Positions 51,810 to 64,000 of a DNA stretch of 64,000 nt are shown here, piece after piece. This DNA is from Macrostomum lignano (lineage: Eukaryota): positions 632,188-696,187 of the forward strand of contig NIVC01000211.1 of assembly GCA_002269645.1 (NCBI GenBank), in the 5' to 3' direction. The translations under genes were made by a program, and so were the position numbers. Position 1 is the first letter of the stretch. Each line of letters starts with the position of its first letter. Below the pieces are notes generated by a model. That model ran no database searches. It saw only the letters and a program-made list of their open reading frames with translations, and was not told the origin of the DNA.

Positions 51810-54800
51810 ATGGCAGTGAGTTACGCAGCCAAGATCTATACGAAAGATCGGCTATTCTTCATCAAGTTGCTGTTCCGCTGGTCCGGCAGTGTTTGGCAGT
51901 TGCTTTGGGTTGACTTCCTGGTGTTCGTCGCTTTGTACGTATCACTGGCGATGCTGTACCAGCTAATCCTGTACAATGACGCCAAGATGAAGGCTACATT
52001 CGAGGTCACAGTGAGCTGGTTGAAAACTGTCAGCACATCCGTACCGCTTTCGTTCATGCTCGGCTTCTTTGTATCGTCCGTTGTGGAACGGTGAGTTGCT
52101 TTATATTTAATTTTTAAATAAATATTCTCGTAATATCGATGAATGTAGGAGATATCTGAAACAGCTTTTGTGCTTTGAATTGTTTTATTTTTATGTTAAT
52201 TCTAGATCTCATAACCTACTGTAATATTGGATCGAACCTTGACAGCTTTTAAGGTCAATATAAAAAAGAAGATACTGCATATTTTGTTTTACTTGACACT
52301 TAAAACATTTTTGTGCACTGAAGGGTCACATGACCGCTTCATGAATAAGTTGTGCATAAATATACATATTTTTATATTCCAAGTGATTTATGCTATTCAC
52401 AATGCTTAATTAGCCAAACTGCATGCCCCAGTGACCCAGTTGAAATGGTAAAAAAAGTTATAAGAAATACACAAAGGTCGCATGCTCTAAAGGGTTTTAT
52501 GAGAGTAATCCCGATCGCTCCGTAGAATAAAGTATATATAAAATGAAAGGTTCCTTAGCGCGTAAGTTCACATACCCTCAATAATTAAAATATAACAATA
52601 TCCGCTTGATTGAACACCCCTTCAACAGCTGGTGGTCCGTCTGCATGTCCATACCATGGGTGCAGACTCCTTCATTCTACTGTCAGGCCCTCCTGGACAG
52701 CCCGAAAGCCAGTAGGAGCGATCTGGCCAGAAAGTTGCGAATCACCGTGCTGAGGTACCTGAACCTGGCCTGGATCCTCATGATGGCTCGGGTGTCGCTT
52801 CACATCAGAGAACGATTTGGTTATTTCGAACCGAAAAGCAAAACTAAGAAGTTCAAGCACACGTGGAAACGGCGTCTAAAAATGGTCAACTCGGACATTA
52901 AAGTGCAGAAATATTTTGGCCAGCTGGTTACGGACAATGAGGTGCTGGCATTCGGCCGATCAGCTCAATTGTCAAGCGAGAGCAAGCATTCTTACGACCC
53001 GGAGTACTGGCTGCCTCTGGTGTGGGCCACCCGGCTTATTCGCAGGGCTAGGAACTTGAGTGAGTTTTTGTGTTTAGTTCTGTGACAACCTTAATGTCAG
53101 CTAATTTTTTAGCCAATTAGGTCTGGACTCGCATTGTTCAAATTTTAGCATCAAAAACGGTACATTTCTTGTCACAGTAGTGTACAAGTGCATTTTAGGG
53201 TCTCAAGGAGGTAGTAGCACTTTTTGGGATGCTTGGGTTCTGGGACTGACACTTTGGTTGCTTGGACTGACACTTAGGGTGCTTGGACTGACACTTTGGG
53301 TTCTGGGACTGACACTTTGGGTTCTGGGACTGACACTTTAAGTTCTGAAACTGACGCTCTAGGTGCTGGGGGCGCATCGATAACTAGTGTGTTTGGTTGT
53401 CACGGCCACCAATTCTGTGATGAGGCCTACCATTCCCTACCCCTCATCCAATCAAGGCAGAACAGCATTTCTGTCCTAAGATACATTCTTAATATTTATT
53501 CATCCGTCAGATTGCATTGCTGACGAAAGACACTGCCTGTGGCTGATGGACATTGTCCAGAAGTTTCGGTTTGATCTACAAAAGATATGGATGTACTCAG
53601 AGTTCAACATCCCGCTAGTGTACACTCAAGTGGCTGTTACTGCCGTCTACCTTTACCTAGCGTGTACCATTGTCTCAACCCAGCTGATGGACTCCGACAT
53701 TGTGCAGAGCAGCACCGCCACTTTCAACGTAAATGGCACTTACAGTCGTAACACGGGACAGCAGGTTCTTGCCTTCATTCCCCTGCTTGGAGGACTCGAA
53801 TTTATTTTCTACCTCGGTGAGTAAAAATTATGGAGGCCTTATGAGAGCTAAAACTCGTTTAAGTCTCACGAAAAAAACCATGTATCGACGCATTAATTTG
53901 GGGCTTGCGCATGAAAACCGGTCCAGAGATTGTCGTGCTCGAAAAGGCAAACATGCGATGCGCAGAGCATGTACATTGTCATGAGCTTAAGGATGAGAAA
54001 CTTAGGACGCCTGTGTACGTAACTGTGTGCTTGTGTGTTCTCAGGGCTCAGCAGAATGACCTTACCATGACTGCTTGACCTGCCCGTTGAAAATGTTATC
54101 GTGACAAGGATCGCTAGAGTCGTTGCAAACAGCTCTAAGTAGTGACTCTAGCGAGCCTGGGTCGACTATTGTGACTTTTTAATTACTAAAACGGCTGTAA
54201 TGCTTCGGAGAGGCGAATGTTGAGTCACGAGCGCATTAAGTGAGTTGTAGAATCGCAAAAGAGTCTCGGAAAAAGTCGTCCAAGTGTGGTTGTGTTCGCG
54301 TTTAACTTTCTACTGACTCAAGCACACTGAATATGGTTGTTATAGGAAGCAAAAATGCGAAATGCGATTCAAATTCATGGAGTGACGCAGAAGCAACTCA
54401 GTGAATCTAAAGCGATTATAGCACGCCTGAGATACGATTCTACGACCCATTCTAGAAGCACAGGCAACAAAACGCCTCAACTGACTCTTAGATGACTCTG
54501 ACGACTTTTTGTGACTTGTACCGTGATATTTCTGAGCCTGCAACGACTCTGAATTGACTTTAGGGCGACGCAAGTGACTCTGGGTTGCTTCTTGGCCTAG
54601 GTTCTGTTATCATTGAGCTGACGTTTGACTGTACGCAAACACAGTGACTAGCTGTAACACAATGGCAGAAATTTGCACAAGCAAGTTAAGTATAGTAAAT
54701 TTGGCACGCTTGGCTTATGTCGGTTGTTTGATTCGCAAACAACGTGAATAATTTTCATACTTTCAGGCTGGTTCAAAATCGGCATGTGCCTCTTAAACCC

Positions 54801-56181
54801 AATGGGCAAGGACGAGGCCGACATCCCCATGTCCGACATACTCAACTCAAATCTGAAGGGGGCCATCAAGATGGGCGGAGCTGAGGACAGCATTTTTCCA
54901 CGAGGCCTGACTGACAGCGGCGAAGCGGAGGAAGCTCAGGTGAAAATTTGCATTTAAGTTTGCTCCAATCACTCCATTTCCAGACACGAGAGCTGGCTAG
55001 AGATGTGCCTGTAGGAAACCCCTTGAAAAAGACATAGTGCGTCGATATTTTGTAATCAATAACTCATTGACAGAAGAAACTACTCAAGTCTATGCCATGA
55101 GCAATTTCTTGAAAGTCCTTCAGTGCAGACTTGCACATTTCATTTGTGACTCGTGCACAAATATTGAGGAGTTTATCTTCCCTGTACGCCAGGGGTTCGG
55201 TGTAGCCTCTCTATCCGGCCCTCGATCGGGTCCTTTGAATCAATCTGGCCCGCTCAACGTTTGAGTCTCTTCTTAGCTCCCCTCTCTCGATCTAATCTCT
55301 CTCCTCTCTCTCATCTTATCTCATCTTCTCTCCTCTTCTCTCCCTTTCCTTTCCTCCCTCTCCTTTATTCCCTCACCTCCTTTCTCCTATCTCTCTTCTC
55401 TCTTCTATATTCTCTCTCCTCTCTCTCCTCCTCTGGCCAGCAGTCATGCGATAGGTTCTCTTGACTTAAAAAAATTGCCTACCCTGCTGCACGCCGTTTG
55501 TTTTTGCGTACCTGTCCTCCAGCATCTGCGACTTTGTGTGCTCAAGGGTCAACACAATAGACATTATTAAGCGATCTTCTTGAGCCAACAATCTTAAGCC
55601 TCGTGTTCTCTTCAATAGAATTTCTAGTTCCTACTAAAAGATTTCATCAAGTCCAACGCAACTTGTCCTAGGTGGCCGATTTCCTTGGCTGTTTCGATTT
55701 CTCGCAAGTTCACGCGCACGACAAATTCGGCAGCGCTGAGCAGACTGAACGGCAGCTCAACAAGGCCATGCTGAAGCGGATGCGGGATCGAGGCAAGCAG
55801 CTGGCCAGCACGCACGGAGGCGGTCATGGTAGCCACGGCAGCCACAGGGACGGCACGCACTCCGCTGGCTCCCTAGCCGTCCCAAAGTCCGCGCAGTCTT
55901 CGGAGAGAAGCTCCATCCGGAAGAAAAAAGGTCAGAAGTTTAACGACGACAATCAGCTGACGGTCGGATCCAATGGCGACACGGTGCACTCGGCGACATC
56001 GCTTGGCGGCATCAGCGGCTGGAAACTGCGGGCAGCCGTGGCCAAGTCGCAGAAGCTTCGGTCGGGCAAAGCTGAGAGCAGCCTGAACGAAGAGCCAACG
56101 CAGATCACGTTTGTTCGGGCAGCAGGTAACGTCCCGGTGGTTGCTGTGGTCGATGCTGACAGCGGAACAGATGTGAAGTGA
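51810..56181 (+). CDS. BEST: Bestrophin-family anion channel, divergent, 5 exons
   Basis: Exons 51810-52090, 52629-53059, 53511-53816, 54767-54939, 55672-56181 in phase. Motifs MAVSY, LLFRWSGSV, VPLSFMLGFFV..VV.RWW, YWLPLVWA, IPLVYTQV and GWFKIG..LLNPMG. Confidence 0.93.
53225..53340. repeat. 21-bp minisatellite (TTGGGTTCTGGGACTGACACT), bestrophin intron 2
   Basis: Direct read. Confidence 0.9.
54115..54551. mobile_element. ~437-bp MITE-like element in bestrophin intron 3
   Basis: 12-bp perfect inverted termini AGAGTCGTTGCA (54116-54127) / TGCAACGACTCT (54539-54550) with many internal GAGTC/GACTC motifs; no TSD detected. Confidence 0.65.
55265..55435. repeat. CT-rich low-complexity tract
   Basis: Direct read. 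Confidence 0.85.
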
Positions 56182-57529
56182 ACTAACTGAGTTCTTAGAA
56201 AGAATCTCATTATTCTGTGTAAAGCATTACATACGAGCGTGTATGCCCTGTTTGGTATCAAATAGTATAATATTTTTATCTCGTATAATGCGAGCTACTC
56301 CACTAAAAACTGCAACCACCAATGAATCAAAAAGGCCGTCTATATTATTTTACATACAAATAAAGCCGACAACCGTCGAAGCACGTTTAGAAACGCAGTA
56401 TTTGTATTTCATTATATTCTGTGAATCTCTGCTCCAGTGTATTTTACTAATTTCTGTAGTATTTCCGTATATGTATTTCTTTATAGTATGCTTAAAACTT
56501 GATAAGTTGCGCTTGTTTTAAAATACTCTTACTTTGTACTGCGATAAGTTCTACAGATACGATTGTAATTTAATTTTGGTTCATTTTGTGCGTGGCTTTG
56601 CAGGGAATATACAGTATTGTGCATATGCGTATTACCAGTCTGTATATTATATCAATAAAATTAGACTTTTGCCTAGTGCAAATCTCGATTGTGAACAGAT
56701 TTGAAATCGTATTGTCAACTTTTATCATTGAGCTTAATAAATTTATTCAAGCCGATTTGGTGCTTTAATTTATGTCAGTGCGATTACCGTCTACCCGGGA
56801 TAAGCAATTTTTACTGGCACAGGTTGGTCATGATCTATTTGGCGAGTGACCTAGGTTATGATCTATGAGACAACTGTCTGGGACAGACAAGTACATTGTA
56901 GGCCATGATCTATCAGATGAGACTCTGGGCCGCAGCCCAGAGATCCATCACGGCGCACTGATGTGCCAACGGCCCAGGCTCGATTCCAAGTGCAGCCACA
57001 TAAATTTGGGGCTAAATTGGAATCTCACGAGTCGCATCTTGAAAAATTGAAAGACCGGAGTCCTATTACAGCTTCATGAGTCTAAGTGAAGTGCAAGTTT
57101 ACATATATAGGTCTATTTAGCCTCGGTGCATCAAGTATCAGACATCGATTATTCTAAGTCACCTACTTATACGACTGCTAATCCTAAATTTAGCTTTGCA
57201 AATATCGATAATCCAAAACGTAACACTGCAGGTCCTGTCAAAATCGCCCCTCGAAGTTTTCGTCAGATGAATATAAACCCTGCTCGTAAGTGCAAAATGA
57301 TTTACCCTTAGTTGCAAGTTCAGAGTAAATGCTGGATTTCCAGACAATAGCTTCTTAGATGAAAAATATTTTTAATGAGGCCTAGAGTTAAACTACATGC
57401 GTGGAGACATTATTCTTGGCATGTGCACGAAAATTGTGCTCTTCTTGTCCAGGATAGCTAGCTCCCAAGGCACAACTTCCTTGTGCGTGTATCCCTTGTA
57501 AATCAGATCTTTTATCTTACATCTTCAGG

Positions 57530-60526
57530 TCACTGTATCTGCACAAATGCCGCCTGATGCCATTCAGGACCGCTGTCAGATTGCTATTGACAGCCTCATC
57601 GCTACAAACCTGGTGGGTTGACAGCACTAAGCTGGAGCTGGACCCTGGTGGGAGGCGGAATCAATAGGCGGCGTCAACTTCATTCATGTGCAAATATATT
57701 GGAAAATTGAAACCTCTCCGAACCACTGTAAGAAAGTTTCGATTTCAGTTGACAACGTGACATGCGTGAGATACATTAGCGGACGAGCGTTCTCGGAGTG
57801 GTTCTTTAAATGCGGTAAAGTTGGTCGTGTGCTCAGATTTCAGTGTCACGGCAGATCTCAACTTTTTTATCCGAGGTTCAAGCATTCGGTCACTCGAGCG
57901 GAGAGGCGAATAGGTTTGCTAATTGACATTTTATTTGCATCTTGCTACTAGGTTCAATCGGGGAATATCTCCCTCTCTCTACAGTGTAGGGCCGTATGAA
58001 CGGAGGACGTTGGCGACCACAGTCTTCCACAAAGCACAGTCCGTTGAGGCGTGAAGTATTTCCAGGCTGCTCGTGTTCATTTATTGAGACAAATTCTTCA
58101 GAAAGGGTTATTTGCTGTCTTTCACGGTCTTTTTTCCTTCAATCTTCCCAGTCACTGGCAGCTGCTCGATTCCTTTCTTATTCATAATGAGACCAAAGAA
58201 CTCCACCTGCCGTCTCCGAATTCTCGCCCCTAAGTTTCTTCAGCAACCAGCTCTTAGCAGAGCACTTACAGTAACGCTAAAAAATTTATTAATTTTTTTG
58301 ATGGCCAAATGTCTGAAAATTACATTAGCAAAAGTCGAAATATGCAATAGTGAGCAATTAATCTTTTTGGAAAATCCCATGGTTTAAAAAGCCGCTGCAA
58401 AACCGGTAATTTACAGCTGCCTTCCAACATTAAGTTTTATATTAATCTAATAAATGATAAAATTTCTATTTTTAATTTTAATAAACTTAATAAATGTAAT
58501 CAATTTACTAGAAACAAGTGAAACATCTCTGTATGTGAATTTTCTCAGTTTGAAAGTGATTGATGGTAGTTATTTTATTTCCTAGTAATAATGGCTTTTA
58601 TCGAAGTATTATCAAATAAACTTTGTGGCACTTCACCCAGTCTTCACCTAGTGCCGTCAGAGTTTTTCCAGCCCCGGTGTGACATACAACAGCCCCAGTG
58701 GGTTGCATGCATGCTAGCCATCGATGGAAAGTCTGTTGCAGAAAGGCCAGCCGATAGCAGCCGCACAAGAAGCGTCAAAAATACACTTTCTACTCGGAAA
58801 TACACTTCGTTAATTCTATTTCTATATCTTCCCAAAATAATTTAGGTCAGCTAAATCTGTATAAGTGTCGTCAGAGCTCAAACAACATTTTCCTCAACGT
58901 TTGCACGCCTGCTCTTGTGCAATGGATGGCGTAATCGCGCAGACCTCTTATCCGTTCTGGCGCGTTTGTCACAGTCTTACTCGTAGTGAACGCCTTCCCT
59001 AGTGGGGCCTATAGGGAGGCAGAGGTCCCCGTTGCTGCCCACTTCATGCATGTCAAAATATTCAATAATATGGACCGCTACTCAGACTGGAACCATTTCC
59101 GAATCACGCTCGACGGGAGGGTCTGCAACGTATACAGAGGAAGCTTCTTCACTGCGTGATTTTGATTGCAATGGTTGGGGAAAAGTTCTACGAATTGAAA
59201 GCTTGATAAGATGGGTTCCGTTTGAGACTGATTGAGGTGGAAGCGTTCGGCGACACGGTGAGATCCACTGAAAACGAGACAGCACCAAGTGCGTTGCTCT
59301 TCCGTCAGTTCTTTTCGGCGATAAGAGGAATGTAATCTGTAATCATCGACTGTATTGGTCTTGTTGAATACGACCGCCATAAATATTACGACAGCTTAAG
59401 AGTAAGCAGCCCACACAATCGGGTCCATCCATTTTGGGAGACTCAGTCTCAGTGGTTGATCCAGTACACTGCAGCTACTACTTATAACAAATTGTGGGCC
59501 TCAGAGCTCAGCCAATTTTCTTGTGAAGGTCGACGGTAGAATTTGTTTCAGATTTACAGAAGTGAAAAATCGAAGTCAAACTTTTTATTTGAAAAACGAA
59601 CTCAGTTGCACGGGCACAACCTTCCGTATTGAGCTGGACGGAACCGACCATGAGTTGCTGTGCTTCGGGGAAGTTGAGTTGTATGCAATCTAGGATATAG
59701 AATTTCGGCTAACTAATAAATAGATATCGAATAGTTATCGAATAGAGAAATAATTAAATAGTTAAATTATATGAGCCCACTGCAGTAGTTCATTTTGCCC
59801 ATAAAGATAGGAGAGTTGCTAAGTCTTATTTTACTAAATTCATTCTAACTTCGGCTTAGCTAAACATTGTTCAGGACAAAACTAATTGCCATTGTGTCTG
59901 ACTGAAAGTATACAGTACGAGCTATATACAATATCCGAAGCATCAAGACAAAGACTGGAAGGGTTGCGATAAAGCAAAAAATAAAAAAAGAAGGACGCCA
60001 ATAGATGGCGGAGGCATCAGCCAACATATAGAGAGATACTGTTTGCCGTAAAGTAAACCACATGTAGTATAGCAGCAAAACTCGGTGGAGTATCAGAAAA
60101 AATGATTTGGTATCACTTTTGGATGTGTCGTTTAAATATATATAAATTATAAGGTATTAACAGAGTTTAGCATCAAAACAAAAGCATCTAGTGACTTAGC
60201 TATGCAGCATGTAATCATGTTTGCATGTAACTTCAGTTCAACTAAATGAAGTCACTATAAATTTAAAGGAAAACTGCAGTTTTACTCCATGCTTTAGTCT
60301 GTTTGAATATTTCTGTTTTTATTTTTTCATTTGCGACTTTGCTGCAGGACAGCTGCTTCTCGACGACTGTCGGCAGAGCCCAGGCCAGCATGGCTCCTGC
60401 AACACAGCCATCGATGGAGTTGACTCGATAGATTATTTATCAAGATACGTCGCAGAGTTTGAATACCCGTGGTGTGAGGGCAATTCACACATGGATGACT
60501 CAGCAAATGGCATTGAATGTCACTGA
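57530..60526 (+). pseudogene. Decayed tandem F-type lectin (fucolectin/F5-8C-like) domain gene
   Basis: Four to five broken units with family-like motifs: IAIDS...QH*AG.GPWW...KVGRVLR (57541-57880); LAIDG (~58715); CAMDG...VCHSLT..RLP*WG...LRLIEVEAFG (58880-59250); HPFW...LLCFGEVELY (59410-59695); TAIDG...YPWC (60350-60526). Confidence 0.6.
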
Positions 60527-61278
60527 TGTCACTGATTGAAGTGCAGGCCTTTAGAGAACTTGCTCACTTGCAGTACGATGGTCCAAACTTTTGAAAGAAG
60601 GGATTGGAAAATTGAAATTCTTGATGTCAACTTATATCTTTTCTAGCAACAAGTCTTTTGGTGTTCTCCCTTCAGTTTCAGGTTAAATGTATTGTTAAAG
60701 CTGATAAGCAGAGTACAATTTTTATCTCATGAGTATAGAAACAGTATAGCAGGAATCTATATGTTTATTCTTTATTCTTTGAAAAATATTAAAATATACT
60801 AAATTTCTGATTTCATTGTCTGTTTGTTTAATTATAAAACAAACGATTCCCGAGTAAAGTCTAATAAATATTTTTGAAGACGTATGGATTGATGTCAGAA
60901 TCTTTTCGATAAATTTAATGCACACAGGCTACCTACTGTATACGGAGTAATAAAGATAAAGCTGATTGTCTTACAGTTCTGTGTGGGTGACTAGGGGCCA
61001 CACCCAACACAGAGACTCTTACCCATGACACCATGCAGTCCTGAACGCCACAGCTCCTGGTGACTGCATAATGAATAACGCCCTGAATAATAAATGCTGC
61101 CCTCAGAGCAGCAGCTTTCCAAATTCTGAAATGTTGTCAGAGACTTACGACACCAGGCACTCTGGCGTGCTCATCTTAGCCTGCTCACACCTGAATGAGC
61201 AGTAGCCGCATAAAAACACGGGTAGCTGATGGTATAGCAAGTCACATCTCTCTGACTTCTCAGTCAGGTCCCAAAGCA

Positions 61279-64000
61279 ATGCTTGGATTCGTGCCACTAC
61301 TCTCTGTATTGTGGGCCAGTTTGCCCATTGCTGAAACATTTTACCAGACGCCGCTGTTCAATGCTGCGCTTCGTCGTCCACTGAGCACCTCGCCTGCTCA
61401 ATCTGCTTGCGGTGTTCCAACGCCTCAACGCTTAATCGATTGTCCAGATGGCTCGAGCGGCAGCTGCTACTGTAATCGAACATGTCCTCACGGCTACGCA
61501 GCACCGACACCAGCGCTGAGTCTTCTAGACTCATCCGTTGTAACTAACGGCTCTGCAAATGCGAGTCAAGAGTATTCGATCGCAAAAATGAAGCTGCCAC
61601 TGGCGCAGGATTGGAAACAAATGGCGACTTCAGCTTCGGTCTCCGATTCTGTTGGCTGATGGTTTCGTCAATGGGTAAGGTTTTTTGGTACTAATAAGCT
61701 GCGCGATATTGGCTTTCTGTACTCCAAATATTTCATCTTACGACTCCTACGATTGCTTTGAAATCTAATCAAATATTGAGGCACTACATCTACGTCGGCT
61801 AGATAAATAGGATGCGCAAAATTGAGCTTAAAAAAATTTTCATTTTCGAAAGGAAATTCTATTTTGTATTCTTACTCGAATATTTTACTTGCAAGTCAGT
61901 CTGGTACATTCGTAAAAAGCGTCATTTGAATCATTTCCAGGTCGATTTTTTACCTGACTGATTTAAACAACAGTCTGGCTTTTGCTGCATCGCTGAGCCC
62001 AGCCGGCCTGCATCTTACTTATCGAGACGTGTCGGCAACTCAGCGAAAAGTTCTGCACACCGACAGCTACCAAACTGGTCGGTGGTATCACCTGGGCTTG
62101 CAGGTACACAGAGATCAATGGGCGGTGTTTCTAGACGGCGCGGGACCTCAGCTGACGCCTCTGGCTGTCTATAACTGGCCAGTTTTAGCACTGGAACCGG
62201 TTTCAACTGGTTCGATTGTGCTGGCTAGCGCTTGTTGTGGTAATTGTTTTTTTCAATGTATCTTCCATACGAGTAGTTTGTTAAAATGATTTAGCTAGAG
62301 TTAAGCCAAGATAGCCGTGGTTAGTCAGCAGTTAAATAGGACTGCGTTACGTCTCAAGGCAGCCACACTATGGTGCAAAACTGGTCAATTGACCTGCGGT
62401 TCCAGTAGACTGCTATGATAGGGTAGGATATTTGTGACACGGTACACGGTATCTGTCGTTGTAGCCTTTTTAGATCTTTTATTAAAGACAAATCTACTCT
62501 ATCGTTTTTCAGGGTACTCAGACTTCAATGGAAAGCTAAAAGATTTAAAGTTGTTCAACCGTACCATAACAAACCGTGACATGAACCAATTGTTCTCCGG
62601 AAAGTTCTTGGACGGCCAGGATCTCTCTGAATGCTGTCCGTCCAGTCATCCAAGAATGTCGCTGGACAACCAGACTCTCTGCCTGGCTAACTTTGCTAAT
62701 GACAGTGAGTTAACGCTACATCCTGCTAAGACTATATCCGAAAAAATATACTCAGCAGCAGCTAACTCGTCTAAATCACACCGCTGATTCACGGCACAGA
62801 ATAAGGCAATAATTAAAACTGCCAACTTATTCCAGCTTCGAGTGTCCCCCGTCTGAATCCGGCCGCACATCCGCTTGAATTCGCCAATGACGGCGACACG
62901 GTCAGTTCGTGGATCTCTGCCCGCATGTCGTCAGTAGCCCTGACTGTAGAGTTGCCAGCCAGTCTCCAGGTAGGCACGGTGGCGCTGATGCTGCAGGTTG
63001 ACTCAGGAGCACAGCTGCAGCCGAAGCGGCTTCGCCTTCTGCGATCGGCACACTTGGAAGGCGATACTTCATGGTCCGTCTGGGCTGAGTTCATCATGAA
63101 TGCTACAGGCAATGTCACCAGTTGCAGTGTTAACAACGGTAGCGGCGACTGCCGATCAATGCCTTCGGCTTCTCAGCCAGGCCGGCTGCTCGCCAACTTC
63201 TCTCCGCCGGATCCGTACGCCTCCAAGGAGCAACGAGCAGCAGCCCTGGCCAGACGAGTTCGCATTGAAGCTTTTGCTCGCGAAGGCTCCCTTGGAGGCT
63301 ATTACGTTATTTACGAGCTCAGGGTCCTCGCCAGGTGCGACTGCGGAGGCCAGGCGACTGACTGCCTTATAGATTCCCACAATGGCAGCGTGAGGTGCTC
63401 GTGTCGTCCTGACACCTTCACGCAAGGCAAATTGGTACGCTACTAGTTATGTACTTTTCAAGCAGTTTTGTGTTATTTTTTACTGTAATTAGGTAGGTGT
63501 GAATTGGCATGGTGCATATGGTGCATGGTTAAGGAAGTTATTTACAAAGTTCAATACAATGTTCAAGAAAAACATAATAGTATAAGAAAAACATGACTGC
63601 ACCTAAACAGGAGGGTGCCACACTTAAGTCAGTTTTTGCTGCAAAGTTCTTGTGCGGTAAGGCCATATTGCAGCAGAAGTCTTCCTATGGTACTGCCGAC
63701 AAGTAGTATAACTATATTCGCAAAAGGCCAGTTTTTAAGTTTAGCGTTGTTACTTTTTAAATGATAAACTCATTATCAATAAGTTATACTTTAAAAAACT
63801 TGATGCATGTCTTTGGTTTTAGTTTTTTTAGTGAGCCTATCCAATCGAAGATACGATTCAGTACAATTACTGCCTATGCTCAATGCCGATTTCAGTGTGA
63901 TAAATGCCAACCACTTTACAACGAAAAGCCTTACGCTGTGGTCAGCCGTGTCGCCAATGCAACTGCAGCGGCCATGCCAGTAGTTGCTTTTACAACCGAA
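61279..64000 (+). CDS. USH2A: Usherin 5' portion (signal, LamG-like, laminin N-terminal, first laminin-EGF); reading frame disrupted as assembled
   Basis: Exons 61279-61674, 61941-62239, 62513-62704, 62836-63434, 63896->64000. SACGVP, WYHLGLQV, FNGKLKDLKLFNRTITNRDMNQLFSG, CPSSHPR, RLNPAAHPLEFANDGD..SSW and RCDCGG follow usherin domain order. Frame breaks near 61620-61660 and ~63940. Confidence 0.88.

Overview
This is eukaryotic (metazoan) genomic DNA with GT-AG spliced genes and minisatellite-filled introns. Style and content suggest a free-living flatworm such as Macrostomum; that is inference, not checked. Genes reconstructed with phase-compatible splice sites: (1) four paralogues (A-D) of a secreted signal-peptide + PAN/apple-like + LamG/ConA-like lectin-type protein; (2) a type-I membrane EGF/TSP1 protein; (3) a calumenin/reticulocalbin ending in HDEL; (4) an atypical, linker-less Smad; (5) a FAM166-like exon; (6) a divergent bestrophin; (7) a decayed tandem F-type-lectin-like gene; (8) the 5' part of usherin. 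Mobile DNA: an apparently intact 6,658-bp CMC-EnSpm (CACTA-type) transposon inserted in exon 1 of paralogue A, plus RTE and other LINE remnants, a Gypsy remnant, CORE-type tRNA SINEs and MITEs. The most striking pattern is in paralogues A, B and C. They are near-identical in a tract centred on a 27-bp intronic minisatellite and strongly divergent on both sides. Paralogue D lacks the minisatellite and is not homogenised. All domain calls come from motif recognition by eye; no database searches were run.
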